Assembly (NCBI GenBank): GCA_002269645.1
Contig: NIVC01003713.1
Span: 1 to 64,000, forward strand
Direction: 5' to 3'
DNA from: Macrostomum lignano
Lineage: Eukaryota
Length of the DNA: 64,000 nucleotides
The notes beneath the pieces are model-generated. The model saw only the letters and a list, made by a program, of their open reading frames with translations. It was not told the origin of the DNA and made no database searches. This document shows, piece by piece, positions 47,358 to 60,575 of this stretch (position 1 is its first letter; every line of letters starts with the position of its first letter). The translations under genes were made by a program, and so were the position numbers.

Positions 47358-50300
47358 TTAAACAGGCGCTGGCCGCAATTCAGCCACGGTGAGTTGCATA
47401 ACAGGCCGAGAGCTGCGAAAGGCTTCAGCAATGGCCCTGGCAGCTTGCTTATGCTCCAAGCCTTTCATTGGCATGCCGTCAACAGCCAAAATCACTTGGC
47501 CAACGCGTAGCTCGGCGCAGTCGTAGGCGCTGCCACCAGGCTGAAAATTTTTTATTTATAAAATTTAGATTCTCATAGAAAAATAAACCGAATGTTCAAA
47601 TTAGCCTACTGATATAGGTAGAAAGTACGAAATTTTATCACCAAAAACTTCACTAAACGTTAAAAACATGCACCATTTTGCATATTAATTAGCCTACTGA
47701 TATAAGTAGAAAGTAAGAAATTTTATAAACTTTATTTATTATTTATAACTATAAAATTCATAAATTTTACAGTGCACTTCTGCCGTCATGAAATAAATCA
47801 CCATAAAAACAAAATGTTGTTAATCTTTTTAGAATATAATACCAAACAAAAAAGTGATTCGACCTATTACCTATTAGACAAAAAAACAAAAAACACCAGA
47901 CGGATCCGAGGCGCTATTCTCCATTAGCCAATAATACAGTACAATCATCAATATACTGAAAGTAAACCGCAATCAAACCTCAATAGCCGCCAGCCTTGGG
48001 AAATAGCAGCTTGGCGTATCAGCGCCGCCCTGAATAGACATGCCAAGCCTATTTGGCCGGGTCTTGGCCACGGCTATCACTTTGGTCACTGGGGCTGAGA
48101 TCACCGCAGTGCGAGCGTCATGCGGGCCCTGCACTATTAAGGAGCCCTGCTCAGGCAGCTGAGCGAGGCCAAAGCGAAGCATTGCGTTTTTTAATTACTA
48201 ATGTATAACGATCTATTTTCCAGATTTCAAATAATTTGATTCGTATTAAAAACAGCAAAAAAACAGTTAAAGGAAGAATACAATATTTCTGGAAAAAAAC
48301 TATTAATCCGAAAGCCTTATTATATGACAGTTCTAAGCTATGGAATATCTGATGTTCGAATCAAAAAGATCCTCAGATTCCAGTCCCTACCCTCCCAGCT
48401 CCTCAGATTCTAGTCCCTACCCTTCCAGATCCTCAGATTCTAGTCCCTACCCTTCCAGATCCATAGATTCTAGTCCCTACCCTCCCAGATCCTCAGATTC
48501 CAGTCCCTACCCTCCCAGATCCTCAGATTCCAGTCCCTACCCTCCCAGCTCCTCAGATTCTAGTCCCTACCCTGCTAGATCCTCAGATTCCAGTCCCTAC
48601 CCTCCCAGATCCTCAGATTCCAGTCCCTACCCTCCCAGCTCCTCAGATTCTAGTCCCTACCCTCCCAGATCCTTAGATTCTAGTCCCTACCCTCCCAGAT
48701 CCTCAGATTCCAGTCCCTACCCTCCCAGATCCTTAGATTCTAGTCCCTACCCTCCCAGATTCTCAGATTCTAGTCCCTACCCTCCCAGATCCTCAGATTC
48801 TAGTCCTTACCCTCCCAGATCCTCAGATTCTAGTCCCTACCCTCCCAGCTCCTCAGATTCTAGTCCCTACCCTCCCAGATCCTTAGATTCTAGTCCCTAC
48901 CCTCCCAGATCCTTAGATTCTAGTCCCTACCCTCCTAGATCCTCAGATTCCAGTCCCTACCCTCCCAGATCCTTAGATTCTAGTCCCTACCCTCCTAGAT
49001 CCTCAGATTCTAGTCCCTACCCTCCCAGATCCTTAGATTCTAGTCCCTACCCTCCCAGATCCTCAGATTCCAGTCCCTACCCTCCCAGATCCTTAGATTC
49101 TAGTCCCTACCCTCCCAGATCCTCAGATTCCAGTCCCTACCCTCCCAGATCCTCAGATTCCAGTCCCTACCCTTCCAGCTCCTCAGATTCTAGCCCCTAC
49201 CCTCCCAGCTCCTCAGATTCCAGCCCCTACCCTCCCAGATCCTCAGATTCCAGTCCCTACCCTCCCAGATCCTCAGACTCTAGTCCCTATCCTTCCAGAT
49301 CCTCAGATTCTAGTCCCTACCCTTCCAGATCCTCAGACTCTAGTCCCTACCCTTCCAGATCCTCAGACTCTAGTCCCTATCCTTCCAGATCCTCAGATTC
49401 TAGTCCCTATCCTCCCAGATCCTTAGATTCTAGTCCCTACCCTCCCGGATCCTCAGATTCTAGTCCCTACCCTCCCAGATCCTCAGATTCTAGTCCCTAC
49501 CCTTCCAGATCCCCAGACTCTAGTCCCTACCCTTCCAGATCCTCAGATTCTAGTCCTTACCCTAATCTGAATCTGGATCTGGGAGGCTGGCCCAGCAACT
49601 GAGGATCTGGGAGGCTTGCACAGCAACTGAGGATCTGGGAGGCTGGCCCAGCAACTGAGGATCTGGGAGGCTGCATCAGCAACTGAGGATTTGGGAGGCT
49701 GGCCCAGCAACTGAGGATCTTGGAGGCTGGCACAGCAACTGAGGATCTGGGAGGCTGGCACAGCAACTGAGGATCTGGGAGGCTGGCACAGCAACTGAGG
49801 ATTTGGGAGGCTGGCCCAGCAACTGATGATCTGGGAGGCTGGCACAGCAACTGAGGATCTGGGAGGCTGGCACAGCAACTGAGGATTTGGGAGGCTGGCA
49901 CAGCAACTGAGGATTTGGGAGGCTGGCACAGCAACTGAGGATTTGGGAGGCTGGCCTAGCAACTGAAAATATGGAAGCCTGGCCTTGACTAGTAAGGACT
50001 AGAATCTGAGGATCCGGGAGGGTAGGGACTGGAATCTGAGGATCCGGGAGGGTAAAGGGTAAAGACTATAATCTGGGGATCCATGAGTTCGGTGACTCAA
50101 ATTTCAGCTGTCAATTGCTTAAACAACTCTAAACTCACCTGCACATTGATAATTCTCGGCAGAGTCTGTCTCGTGTTCGCCCCGCCCTCGATAGCCAAGC
50201 CCAGAGTCGGCTGAGTTTTTCGCACGCCAGCACTGACCGGCTCCGTGATTGTCGAAGCGTCGATACCGAAATGTCGGGCATCGTTGCCGAAACCGGTGTC

Positions 50301-53300
50301 CGTGCCAGAATCGTGCTGAAATGTTGACAGCAACAATTTGCGTTTGGCCATCTTCATCTGCGCAGGCTTTTTGAGTGCTAATATAAAACTAATGGGACAC
50401 GCCCTGTTTTATCGCGATAAAAATCCTTACCTCCATCTACACAGGGGTGGACTGTGACTTAGTCTCCCTACCTCGCCCCCGCCTCCCATTTGTTCCCCTT
50501 CATCCCCGCTGCTACCCTTCTCCCTTCTCCACTCGCAGGTGAGGTGAGGCCTGGCTCTAAAAGGGCAAGAGAGAACTAGCCAGTATAGCCAGTCGGTTGA
50601 AGTGGACAAAATATGTTGATTAGAGGGGACGTACGATCAGCAACTGAGGATGCAAGCAGATTAACGATAATTCATGGCTGGTGCGGCAAAAACAAAGAGA
50701 CAGAAAGGTGAAAAACAAAATAATTGAGCAGGTGTCACCTGACAATACAGCGCTAGCCTTTACTTAAAACAAGTGACATTCCATCTGCACTTAAACTGAA
50801 TTCCAATAAATGCCACGACTTCGATTCAATATACTATAATCCCAGATCCTAGATCCCAGATCCTAGATCCTAGATCCCAGATCCCAGATCCCAGATCCTA
50901 GATCCCAGATCCTAGATCCCAGATCCCAGATCTTAGATCCCAGATCCCAGATCTTAGATCCCAGATCCCAGATCCTAGATCCCAGATCTTAGATCCCAGA
51001 TCTTAGATCCCAGATCCTAGATCCCAGATCCTAGATCCCAGATCCCAGATCCTAGATCCCAGATCCCAGATCCTAGATCCCAGATCCCAGATCCTAGATC
51101 CCAGATCCTAGATCCCAGATCCTAGATCCCAGATCCCAGATCCTAGATCCCAGATCCTAGATCCCAGATTCTAGATCCCAGATCCTAGATCCCAGATCCC
51201 AGATCCTAGATCCCAGATCCTAGATCCCAGATCCTAGATCCCATACACGCCAGCAGCTCACCATGGTCCTAGCCTGCTGTTTAACCGGCGTCGTGTCCGT
51301 ATCGTCGTAGCGTCGACCCGACGGCAGAACGGATCCGCTGCGCGACGCCAGATTTCTGCGACTGAAATTCAATGCGAATATTCGATTTAGCTGGCTATTG
51401 CACAATATTTTGCATAATAATTTGCTTGCAGTGCTACTTGTAAGTAGGCGAAAAATACCAAATACGAGCGTATGTACGAGCTATTTCATACGTTTTATAC
51501 CTTTAAATACAAAAGTGAAAATAGAGAAGAAAATCAGAAGAGATTGAACTGTTTTGCGGTTGTGCATTTAAACTGGGAAGGTTTGTTTATGCAGGAAATG
51601 GAACACAAGCGGGGGGACAGAAGCGGGAGGGAGAGAAGCGGGCGGGAGAGAAGCGAGAGGGAGAGAAGCGGGAGGAAGAGAAGCGAGAGGGAGAGAAGCG
51701 GGAGAGAAGCGGGCGGGAGAGAAGCGAGAGGGAGAGAAGCGGGAGGGAGAGAAGCGGGAGAGAAGCGGGAGGGAGAGAAGCAGAAGGAGAGAAGCGGGCG
51801 GGAGAGAAGCGGGAGGGAGAGAAGCGGGAGGGAGAGAAGCAGAAGGAGAGAAGCGGAGGGAGAGAAGCGGAGGGAGAGAAGCGGAGGGAGAGAAGCGGAG
51901 GGAGAGAAGCGGGAGAGAAGCGGGAGGGGGAGAAGCAGGAGAGAAGCGGAGGGAGAGAAGCGGAGGGAGAGAAGCGGAAGGAGAGAAGCGGAAGGAGAGA
52001 AGCGGGAGGGAGTGCCGGAAGGGATCAGGAAAACGCAAGCAAAAAGATTCAAACCTTCTCCGCTCCGGTCTGTCAACTTCGTCGTCCTCTGAGGCGACCA
52101 ACACGACGCCTTCGTTGTCGCCGCCGGCGCCGCCATCAACTCCGTCGAAGTCCTCCTCCGGCTCAACCGGGATGGTGTTAATGAGCAGCTCCACTCCGCT
52201 ATCGTCGCTGCCAGGCTGCGGCAGAGTCCTACCGCCATCTTTGCCATCTCTATTACGATCGTTAGACATGATCAGACTATCGTTAAGCTGCCGTATAGCC
52301 TCCTCAATGCCGTGGTTGTTGCCAGGGCCAGCCTGAGGACTATTGCTATAGACAGCGCGACGCTTCTTAGCAAATCGACCAGCTCGAGAACCGCGGCCGC
52401 CGCCGCCATTGTCAGTATCGGAGGATTCCTCCGGCGGGAAATAAGTCAAATATTGATTATCAGTGTCCGCATCGGCTTCGTAAGTTTGAAACAGCCTGTC
52501 GTAGGTAGGTCGGTCTGCCGGCCTGAGCAGCGGTCTGAGATGGGGATGAGCTCTAGGCGGATCCAACAGCAGGTGGCGCAGAGCCAATACTAAGCCTCTG
52601 ACATCGACTTCACCGCGTTTGTACTCTTCTAGATAGTACACCAGACTGCCGGCCTGCTCGGGTGACACAATCTCGTTAGTCAGCTCGGCAACTAAACCGG
52701 CAATGTGCGGCTCCTGCTGCTGCTGCTGCTCCATCATGCTAGCCAGACTCCGGTCTTGCAGCAGCAGACTCGGCTCCGAACGCCAGCGCCCATTGTTAGA
52801 CCCGGAACCGCCGCCGGCTGTGGCCTGGGAGAATAGAGAATTAGCAAAAGTAGACTTGGCGTAGGGCAGCTTGCCTACACGGCGAATGGTTAGCGATAGG
52901 CGAGGCGGCGAACATTTCAGACGGGCGACCGCCTCGGAGTGGCTTTTGTCCAGTAGGGATTCGCCGTTCACTGACAGGATCTCGTCGCCAACGCGTAGGC
53001 CAGCCTGCGAAATGAAATGGAAAGTAAGTGCAATGCCGATATGTAGCGAAAACAGCTTTACACATAGGTTAATATTAATAGGTTAAAAAAGCTGAAAGGA
53101 AACAAAAGTGGCGAAGAAGGTAGAAGAGAGGTGGAAATGGAGAAAGGGGAATGGATAGGAGTTAACAGGAGGCGAAGAGGGATAACAGGGGGCGGAGGGG
53201 GTGGAGAGGGGAGAACAGGGGGCGGAGAGGGGATAACAGGGGCAGAGAGGGATTAACAGGTGCGAAGAGAGGATAACCTGGGCAGAAAGGGGATAACAGG

Positions 53301-56300
53301 GGGCGGAGAGAGAGAATAACAGGGATTAGAGAGGGAGGATAACAGGAATCAAACAAAGAGGATAACAGGGAGCGGAGAGGGGATACCAGGAGCTGAGAGG
53401 GGATAACAAAGGCGGAGAGAAAGGGGATTAGAGGGGCAGGGAAGGGATAACAGGGGCGGAGAGAGAGGGATTAGAGGGGCAGGGAGGGGATAACAGGGGC
53501 GGAGAGAGAGGGATTAGAGGGGCAGGGAGGGGATAACAGGGGCGGAGAGAGAGGTGGATTAGAGGGGCAGGGAGGGGATAACAGGGGCGGAGAGAGGGGA
53601 TTAGAGGGGCAGGGAGGGGATAACAGGGGCGGAGAGAGAGGGGATTAGAGGGGCAGGGAGGGGATAACAGGGGCGGAGAGAGATGGGATTAGAGGGGCAG
53701 GGAGGGGATAACAGGGGCGGAGAGAGAGGTGGATTAGAGGGGCAGGGAGGGGATAACAGGGGCGGAGAGAGAGGGGATTAGAGGGGCAGGGAGGGGATAA
53801 CAGGGGCGGAGAGAGAGGGATTAGAGGGGCAGGGAGGGGATAACAGGGGCGGAGAGAGAGGGATTAGAGGGGCAGGGAGGGGATAACAGGGGCGGAGAGA
53901 GAGGGGATTAGAGGGGCAGGGAGGGGATAACAGGGGCGGAGAGAGAGGGGATTAGAGGGGCAGGGAGGGGATAACAGGGGCGGAGAGAGAGGGGATTAGA
54001 GGGGCAGGGGGAGGATAACAGGGGCGGAGAGAGAGGGGATTAGAGGGGCAGGGAAGGGATAACAGGGGCGGAGAGGGGATAACAGGGGGCGGAGAAGGGG
54101 ATAACAGGGGGCTGAGAGAGAGGATAACAGGGGGCTGAGAGAGAGGATAACAGAGGGCTGAGAGGGGGTATGTAAAAGCATACTAAAAAGGGAAAAAGCA
54201 CAACAAATTCCTTATCCCAAACCTGTTCAGCCGCAGAGAAGGGATCCACAGCGCTAACAAAAATTCCTAAACCATAATCCGCTCCGCCGCGGACAGACAC
54301 GCCCAGAGGTTGGCCTTGAACCAGAAGCTGCTTAACCGGCGGTCCAGCAGCATCGGCATGCAGAGGCGGCGGCGCGGGCGGGCTGACGGGCCGGCCCTGG
54401 GCGTCAACCCAGGAGAACTGGCGCAGGCCGGACGAGTCGCCGGGCAGGTACGGCCTGCTAGGTGAGGCCGGCGATCGGAGCGCCAAACGAAGAGGTCGAC
54501 CGGACTTTTGAGCAGATTTAATTAGCTAAAACAAATTGTTATGGCTTCGCTGTTGTGTGTACGCAATTAATAACTAATTTTTATTTAAATAAAATTAGTT
54601 TCACACGCTAATTAAATATGCAGATTTAGCTAGATGCAAGCAAACGCCTTCTATATCTACTGAGAACACAGTAATTCTTATCTGAAATTAAACATTTGCC
54701 AGGAAGATTTTCGGTTTTATGGCGACCGACTATTTTTCAGCTGGCTTATCAGTTTGTAGAGCCGCATTGTAAAATACAACTGCTGCCTCCGCTGAACATA
54801 GTAGAAATTATTTATATCGTATCGTTATTGGGAGTGCTAATATTGGCACTTTATGAGGAAGTAAAACCGATATCGGTAGACAGTTATTAATGGAAGCAAT
54901 TATTGTATATCGAAATACACGGGGAAGATGATAGAGGGGAAGAAAAGAAAGGGTAAAGGGGAAGAGGAGAGAGGGGAAGACAGGGGAACAGGGGAAGATG
55001 GGAAGAGGGGAAGATGGGAAGAGGGGAAGAGAGAGGGGAATAGAGAGGGGAAGAGAGAGGGGAAGAGAGAGGGGAAGAGAGAGGGAAAGAGAGAGGGGAA
55101 GAGAGAGGGGAAGAGGGAGGGGAAGAGGGAGGGGAAGAGAGAGGGGAAGACGAAGGGGAAGAGGGAAGGAGGGGAAGAGAGAGGGAAAGAGGGGAAGAGG
55201 GGAAGAGGGGAGGAGGGGAGGGGAAGAGAGAGGGGAGGGAACAGAGGAGAGGGAACAGAGGAGAGGGAGATAACAAGGACAAGCACTAAGAACCGAGTTC
55301 CATCATTCCCCAAGACTAAGGCGTCCCCAACAAAACAAATCCCCATTTACTTACAGCCACGGCTTCCCCATGCGCGAGTCCCGCAGCCGAAGTGTCGCCA
55401 ACGCCGACCAGCTCGTCGCCGACCCGCAGCCCGCGCCTGTCGGCCTCGGAGTCCTCAACAACGGCAGACACATAGAGGCCGACTCCGTGCTCGGTGCCGC
55501 CGCGCAACGAGAAGCCGAAGCCTTGGCGCTCGTTTGGCGCCAGCTCGACGCCGCGTATTAGGCGCGACTGGGCTGCGGAGCCGTTGCTGGCGGGTCCCGG
55601 GGCGCTGGCTGTAAGGGGTTGACATTGTGGCAGCTTAGTGATTAGATACTGTAGATACGATAGCTGTTCTGTAGATGTGATAGCTGTTCTGTAGATACGA
55701 TAGCTACTCTGTAGATGTGATAGCTATTCTGTAGATGTGATAGCTAACTCTGTAGATGTGATAGCTATTCTGTAGATGTGATAGCTATTCTGTAGATGTG
55801 ATAGCTACTCTGTAGATGTGATAGCTATTCTGTAGATGTGATAGCTACTCTGTAGATGTGATAGCTATTCTGTAGATGTGATAGTTATTCTGTAGATGTA
55901 ATAGCTATTCTGTAGATGTGATAGCTATTCTGTAGATGTGATAGCTATTCTGTAGATGTGATAGCTATTCTGTAGATGTGATAGCTAACTCTGTAGATGT
56001 GATAGCTATTCTATAGATGTGATAGCTATTCTGTAGATGTGATAGCTATTCTGTAGATGTGATAGCTATTCTGTAGATGTGATAGCTATTCTGTAGATGT
56101 GATAGCTATTCTGTAGATGTGATAGCTATTCTGTAGATGTGATAGCTAACTCTGTAGATGTGATAGCTAACTCTGTAGATGTGATAGCTAACTCTGTAGA
56201 TGTGATAGAGCTCTATTCTGTAGACATTATAGCTACTCTGTAGATGTGATAGAGCTCTATTCTGTAGACATTATAGCTACTCTGTAGATGTGATAGAGCT

Positions 56301-56965
56301 CTATTCTGTAGACATAGCTACTCTGTAGATGCGATAGAGCTCTATTCTGTAGACATTATAGCTACTCTGTAGATGTGATAGAGCTCTATTCTGTAGACAT
56401 TATAGCTACATACTCTGTAGATGTGATAGAGCTCTATTCTGTAGACATTATAGCTACTCTGTAGATGTGATTGAATTATAAAGCAACGTAAACTTCATGA
56501 TATAAGAAAGCAGGTCTCACCCCTGCCACCCAGGCTGCTGCCGCTGCTAGCACGATTCTTCTTTTGCTGCTTTTTCTGTCCATCCTCCTGCTGCGAAGCC
56601 GGCCTCATCAAAGGTAGAAAGTCCTGATTCTCGCACAGGTGCCTGAATCGTTTCTGATCGCCACGAGGCAGAGCTGTGGTTAGCAGAGGCACCAGCTCTG
56701 GCCGCTCGCTTATGTAAGGACCCAGCCGATGGACCAGGGTTGGCACATCCCGATCGCGCTGGTACTGACTCAGAATGCTGGTGATGAGCACTCTGTCAGC
56801 CTGGGAGAATCCGCTCTCCAAGTAGCTCTGAATCTCTTGCACCAAAGGATTGTTGGACGCTACAGAGGGCGAAGGCTGGCTGTGGCCGCCGCCAGCTCTC
56901 AGTCCCATAGTTGAAGTTGAAGCAGCCAGCTTTGACTTTCTTTTAGCTGAAGAGATAATATTCAT
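47358..56965 (-). CDS. WHRN: Whirlin/dyschronic-like multi-PDZ scaffold (HHD1-PDZ1-PDZ2-HHD2-PDZ3), about 817 aa
   Basis: Exons 56521-56965, 55355-55608, 54223-54525, 52055-53004, 51262-51361, 50139-50357, 47358-47540 join in frame. Motifs GFSLRGGTEHGVGLYVS, FSWVDAQGRPVSPP, GVSVRGGADYGLGIFVS, LVYYLEEYKRGEVDV, TLGLAIEGGANTRQTLPRI and GLEHKQAARAIAEAF match whirlin. Confidence 0.88.
47979..48158 (-). CDS. WHRN: Candidate alternative WHRN exon encoding a second copy of the N-terminal half of PDZ3
   Basis: Phase-0 segment ending KVIAVAKTRPNRLGMSIQGGADTPSCYFPRLAAIE|GTTTGA, homologous to exon 50139-50357 and ending at the same PDZ position. In-frame acceptors at 48158 or 48128. Confidence 0.6.
48357..50055. 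repeat. Composite foldback-like minisatellite in a WHRN intron
   Basis: About 40 inverted 30-mers (48357-49565), then 28-mers (49575-49965), then 2-3 forward 30-mers (about 49995-50055). Confidence 0.9.
50838..51242. repeat. 7-nt repeat (AGATCCC/AGATCCT) in WHRN intron 5
   Basis: Continuous tandem units. Confidence 0.95.
51610..52015. repeat. Purine-rich about 15-nt repeat (GAGAGAAGCGGGAGG) in WHRN intron 4
   Basis: Tandem units. Confidence 0.85.
53160..54165. repeat. Purine-rich about 43-nt minisatellite in WHRN intron 3
   Basis: GGATAACAGGGGCGGAGAGAGAGGGATTAGAGGGGCAGGGAGG-type units. Confidence 0.9.
54920..55275. repeat. Polypurine (GGGGAAGAGAGA) tract in WHRN intron 2
   Basis: Nearly pure G/A with a 12-nt period. 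Confidence 0.85.
55650..56470. repeat. 20-nt minisatellite TGTAGATGTGATAGCTATTC in WHRN intron 1
   Basis: Tandem units. Confidence 0.95.
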
Positions 56966-58793
56966 AGTGGCTTTGATTCTTGCAATCTTTTAACAGTGCC
57001 TTTGAAGCTATGCCTAGAAACTCAAACCTTAGAGAAAGAATATAAACCTGAAGCCTAATTAATTATTTATTAGATGGCAATCACGTGATTACCCCACTCT
57101 CCCATTTCTAGTGTCTCTATCCCTTGAGCCTTGCTCACTGACAAGCTCCAAGATATGCATTAATAATTAATTAGGGCATACGCCTAGGCCATGAAATTCT
57201 ACAACTGCGACCTGCAATACCCAAATCTAACCCTTAAACCTTCATTTTCGGACCAGTTGAGGCTGATAGGTCAGTTCCTGTGTTTTTGATTTAGCTGAAA
57301 TGAACTAATTTTCATTTAGTTGGCAAAAAGTTAAGGATCTATTTCATCTTGCGAACAGCCTATTTAATGATGACTATCAGGGGCTGATAGAATTACAAAA
57401 CAAAGGTCACATGATGACAATTAAATAATCTGTACACATATATCACATTATCCAGTTTTATTGTCAAAACTAGCTCTCTGTAAAAGAGGTTGATTTCCAT
57501 TGATTTTCAATTGATATGGAAAGTTGATTTATTGTTCAGGCTTTTTTAGTCTATTCAGCTAATAAAATGACCAACAAGCTTATGATAATTATTATTTAAA
57601 AAGACTAAGTATATCCAAGGTTCGATAATATGAATGGACTGCAGAACAGCCTTAATTGGTCTGAAAATGAGTGCTAAGCTATAGATTTGGTATACCATGA
57701 TTTCTAGTTTAAAAAACTCTTTGAAAAGATTCATATCCTACTTTTTTCTTAACCAACTAGATTACCTTTAATGAACTCCAAAATGCATTGTTTTTATAGA
57801 ATTGAACCTAGAATGCATTAGAATTGCACATTAGAATTGCACTGACCAATAGAAACAAATATAGCAAGCAAAATTTTAATGTGTTTATTTGACTACTACT
57901 AATGTAGTAGTATCTAGACCTTTTTCTCAAAAAATTCTTCAGACAATACTCTGTATATTTTATCAAACAATTGTCTGAAATAAAGATTTAAAAATAAATT
58001 ATAGTTAATAAAAAAATGAATTATACTACTATATAATCTTGCTTTGCTCTAAGAATTTTGAGCATGTTGAGCACAGGATGTTAAGCACAGAGCATAGCTT
58101 TTTCTGGCATATAAAGTGGATTTGGGTTAGGGCTATAGTGTAAAGATGGCTATATATAAAGGCAAGAACTCTAGTAAGCCTCTAGTGAGTCTGAAAGAGC
58201 AATAAAAATACTTACAATAGCATTATTTTTTCAATAGAAAAATTCATTGTAAAATTGATTTTGTAATATTCAAAATACATTTTCTATCAATAGGACTAAT
58301 ATATTGCATTGCTAGCATCAATCCTTTACTGCAAAAAACTGTCATGGAATCTGTTGCAAACAGTAGGTTTTTTTAATTTTTGCCTGTACTTTTAACCACA
58401 TAGTAATTTAAACATGGCCCTTTCTAATAACATATGTTAACACAGGTATTTTACCAAGATAAGACAAAAACTTTTGCCTTAAAATGACAAAAAAAGAATA
58501 TAAAAAGCAAATAGAATACCATTGAAAAACACAAGGTCCCAGGTTGAATAACTATTCTTCTGAATCTCTGATTTCTATAGAAGGTACCATAAGGCAATAG
58601 ACTACAACAGAAAACAAAAGACAGCTAGAAGGCAGCAAGCAATAAACAAAGCAAAAGAAGTAGCAAATAAATATTGAAGCCAAAATAGATCAACAGATGG
58701 CACCATGTAGGAAGCAGATAGTAGTAGCTAACAGTAGGGTCTAATAGATAGCATTAGGTTGTAATTGATAGTATCAGGCTATAATAGATCATA

Positions 58794-58961
58794 CATGCGC
58801 AACTTTGGGAATCACCCGGCCGTTTCTATTGGCAACATACACATGTAAGTCGCTATTGGCTGAGAGCAGTCACGTGACTACTATTCCGTCCAATAGCGAC
58901 TTACATGTGTGTGTTGCCAATAGAAACGGCCGAGTGAATCCCAAGGTTGCGCCCAAGCATG
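58794..58961. mobile_element. Hairpin MITE-like element
   Basis: About 63-bp inverted arms (58797 onward and ending 58952, 4 mismatches) around a loop containing AGTCACGTGACT. Flanked by the direct repeat TAATAGATCATA at 58782-58793 and 58962-58973. Confidence 0.75.
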
Positions 58962-60234
58962 TAATAGATCATATCAGGCTTTATGCCTAGAGCATATAAT
59001 ATCAATCTGTTATACCAAATAGAACCTTTTATTGACTCATTGCTCACTTTTTATTGCTGATTGCTACTACTATCCAGTTGAGATATAATTTCCCACAAAT
59101 ATAGCTGCTAAGTATGCATTTTTGCATCTGGACTCTTTCTGACAAAGATGTATACACAATTTTGTAATATCACATTTTCTAATATATTGTAAAATAAATA
59201 TTGTTAAAGTTTTCTATTGATAATATTATTATTATTGCAATTCAAACTTGCAATGCCTTTTAAAATAAAGCTTTCTACCCTTTTACTTATTTTTGTTTTT
59301 TTGAGATCCTCAGGGAATAACAATAAATTTCCTAGGGTCCTTGCTAAGAAAATTCCCCAGATAATTAACATATCTACAATTGGCAGCTTTTAGTCAATTT
59401 GGTAACAAGACAATCCAACAACAGACAATCTTGCAATAAATTTTTGTAGATTTAATGGATTTTAGGACTATATCTAATGTTTTATACATGTATATAGTAT
59501 CTAAGATGCATCATACAATCGCAATGTAGGTTAATATAGTAATTAAATTTTATCTTCAAAGTTATTATTATGACTAAAGCTGCTTATTATGATACAATCC
59601 TATATAAATTGGACGTTAATATGCATATTAAATTTATGCATATATTTGTTGTTACATGTGAACTATAAAAATAAATAAGAGCCTTTAAGCAATTAATCAT
59701 TAAGATTCTTTTTCCCATTAAGAATATATACTAGCAATCTTTGCCCCCCAATAGGGGACATCTAGATAGAATCTCTGTTCTCTATCTACAAGTAACAAAA
59801 AGACAGTAAAATAAAGCCTTCACAAACACAATAGACATACCCTCTAAAAAACATCCCAAGACAGCAAGCATCCCCCAGATAGCAAGCATCCCCTAGATAG
59901 CAAGCATACCCCAGATAGCTGACATGTTGACATATGTTTGAGGCAATGGCTAGAGTTCTGGCACTAGAACCCATTTTCTAAGGGCTATGCATGTAGCAGT
60001 CTTCAGTAGGCAGTTATCTGCTAATAAAACCTTTGAACATTAGAATCTTGTTTTGAATCTTATCATTTCGTTTTGATCTTATCTTGAACAAAATCTCAAT
60101 ATCAACCACCCATTAAAAAAGTAAAATGTTTCTGCCATATTATACCCATAAATTGCACTACTGGAATACCACTGCCAGATCCATAGTCCTTAAAAAATGG
60201 GTTCTGGTGCCAGAACTCTAGCCATTGCCTATGT

Positions 60235-60575
60235 TTGACATGGTGGCTCTTTAATATTTGACATGGTGGCTCTTTAATATTTGACATGGTGGCTCTTTAA
60301 TATTTGACATGGTGGCTCTTTAATATTTGACATGGTGGCTCTTATGTTTGACATGGTAGCTCTTTTTTTGGCATGGTAGCTTTCTTATGTTTGACATAGA
60401 GTCATATTTACATTTTACATAGTGGCTCTTTTATGTTTAACATGGTAGCTCTTTAATGTTTGACATGGTGGCTCTTTAATGTTTTACATGGTGGCTCTTT
60501 TATGTTTGACATGGTGGCTCTTTAATGTCTGACATGGTGGCTCTTTTAGGTTTGTCATGGTGGCTCTTTAATGTT
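60235..60575. repeat. 23-nt minisatellite TTTGACATGGTGGCTCTTTAATA
   Basis: Tandem units in the AT-rich intergenic region. Confidence 0.85.

Noticed and set aside
48340-49602. 420-aa ORF of (SSDSSPYPPR)n resembling a Pol II CTD or extensin-like protein
   Set aside because: It is the translation of a stop-free 30-nt minisatellite, antisense within a WHRN intron, with no unique coding portion.
50430-50560. Possible extra WHRN exon (strong GAG|GTAAGG donor near 50429)
   Set aside because: The nearest plausible acceptor gives an in-frame stop and no recognisable protein similarity; at most a poison exon, unsupported without transcripts.
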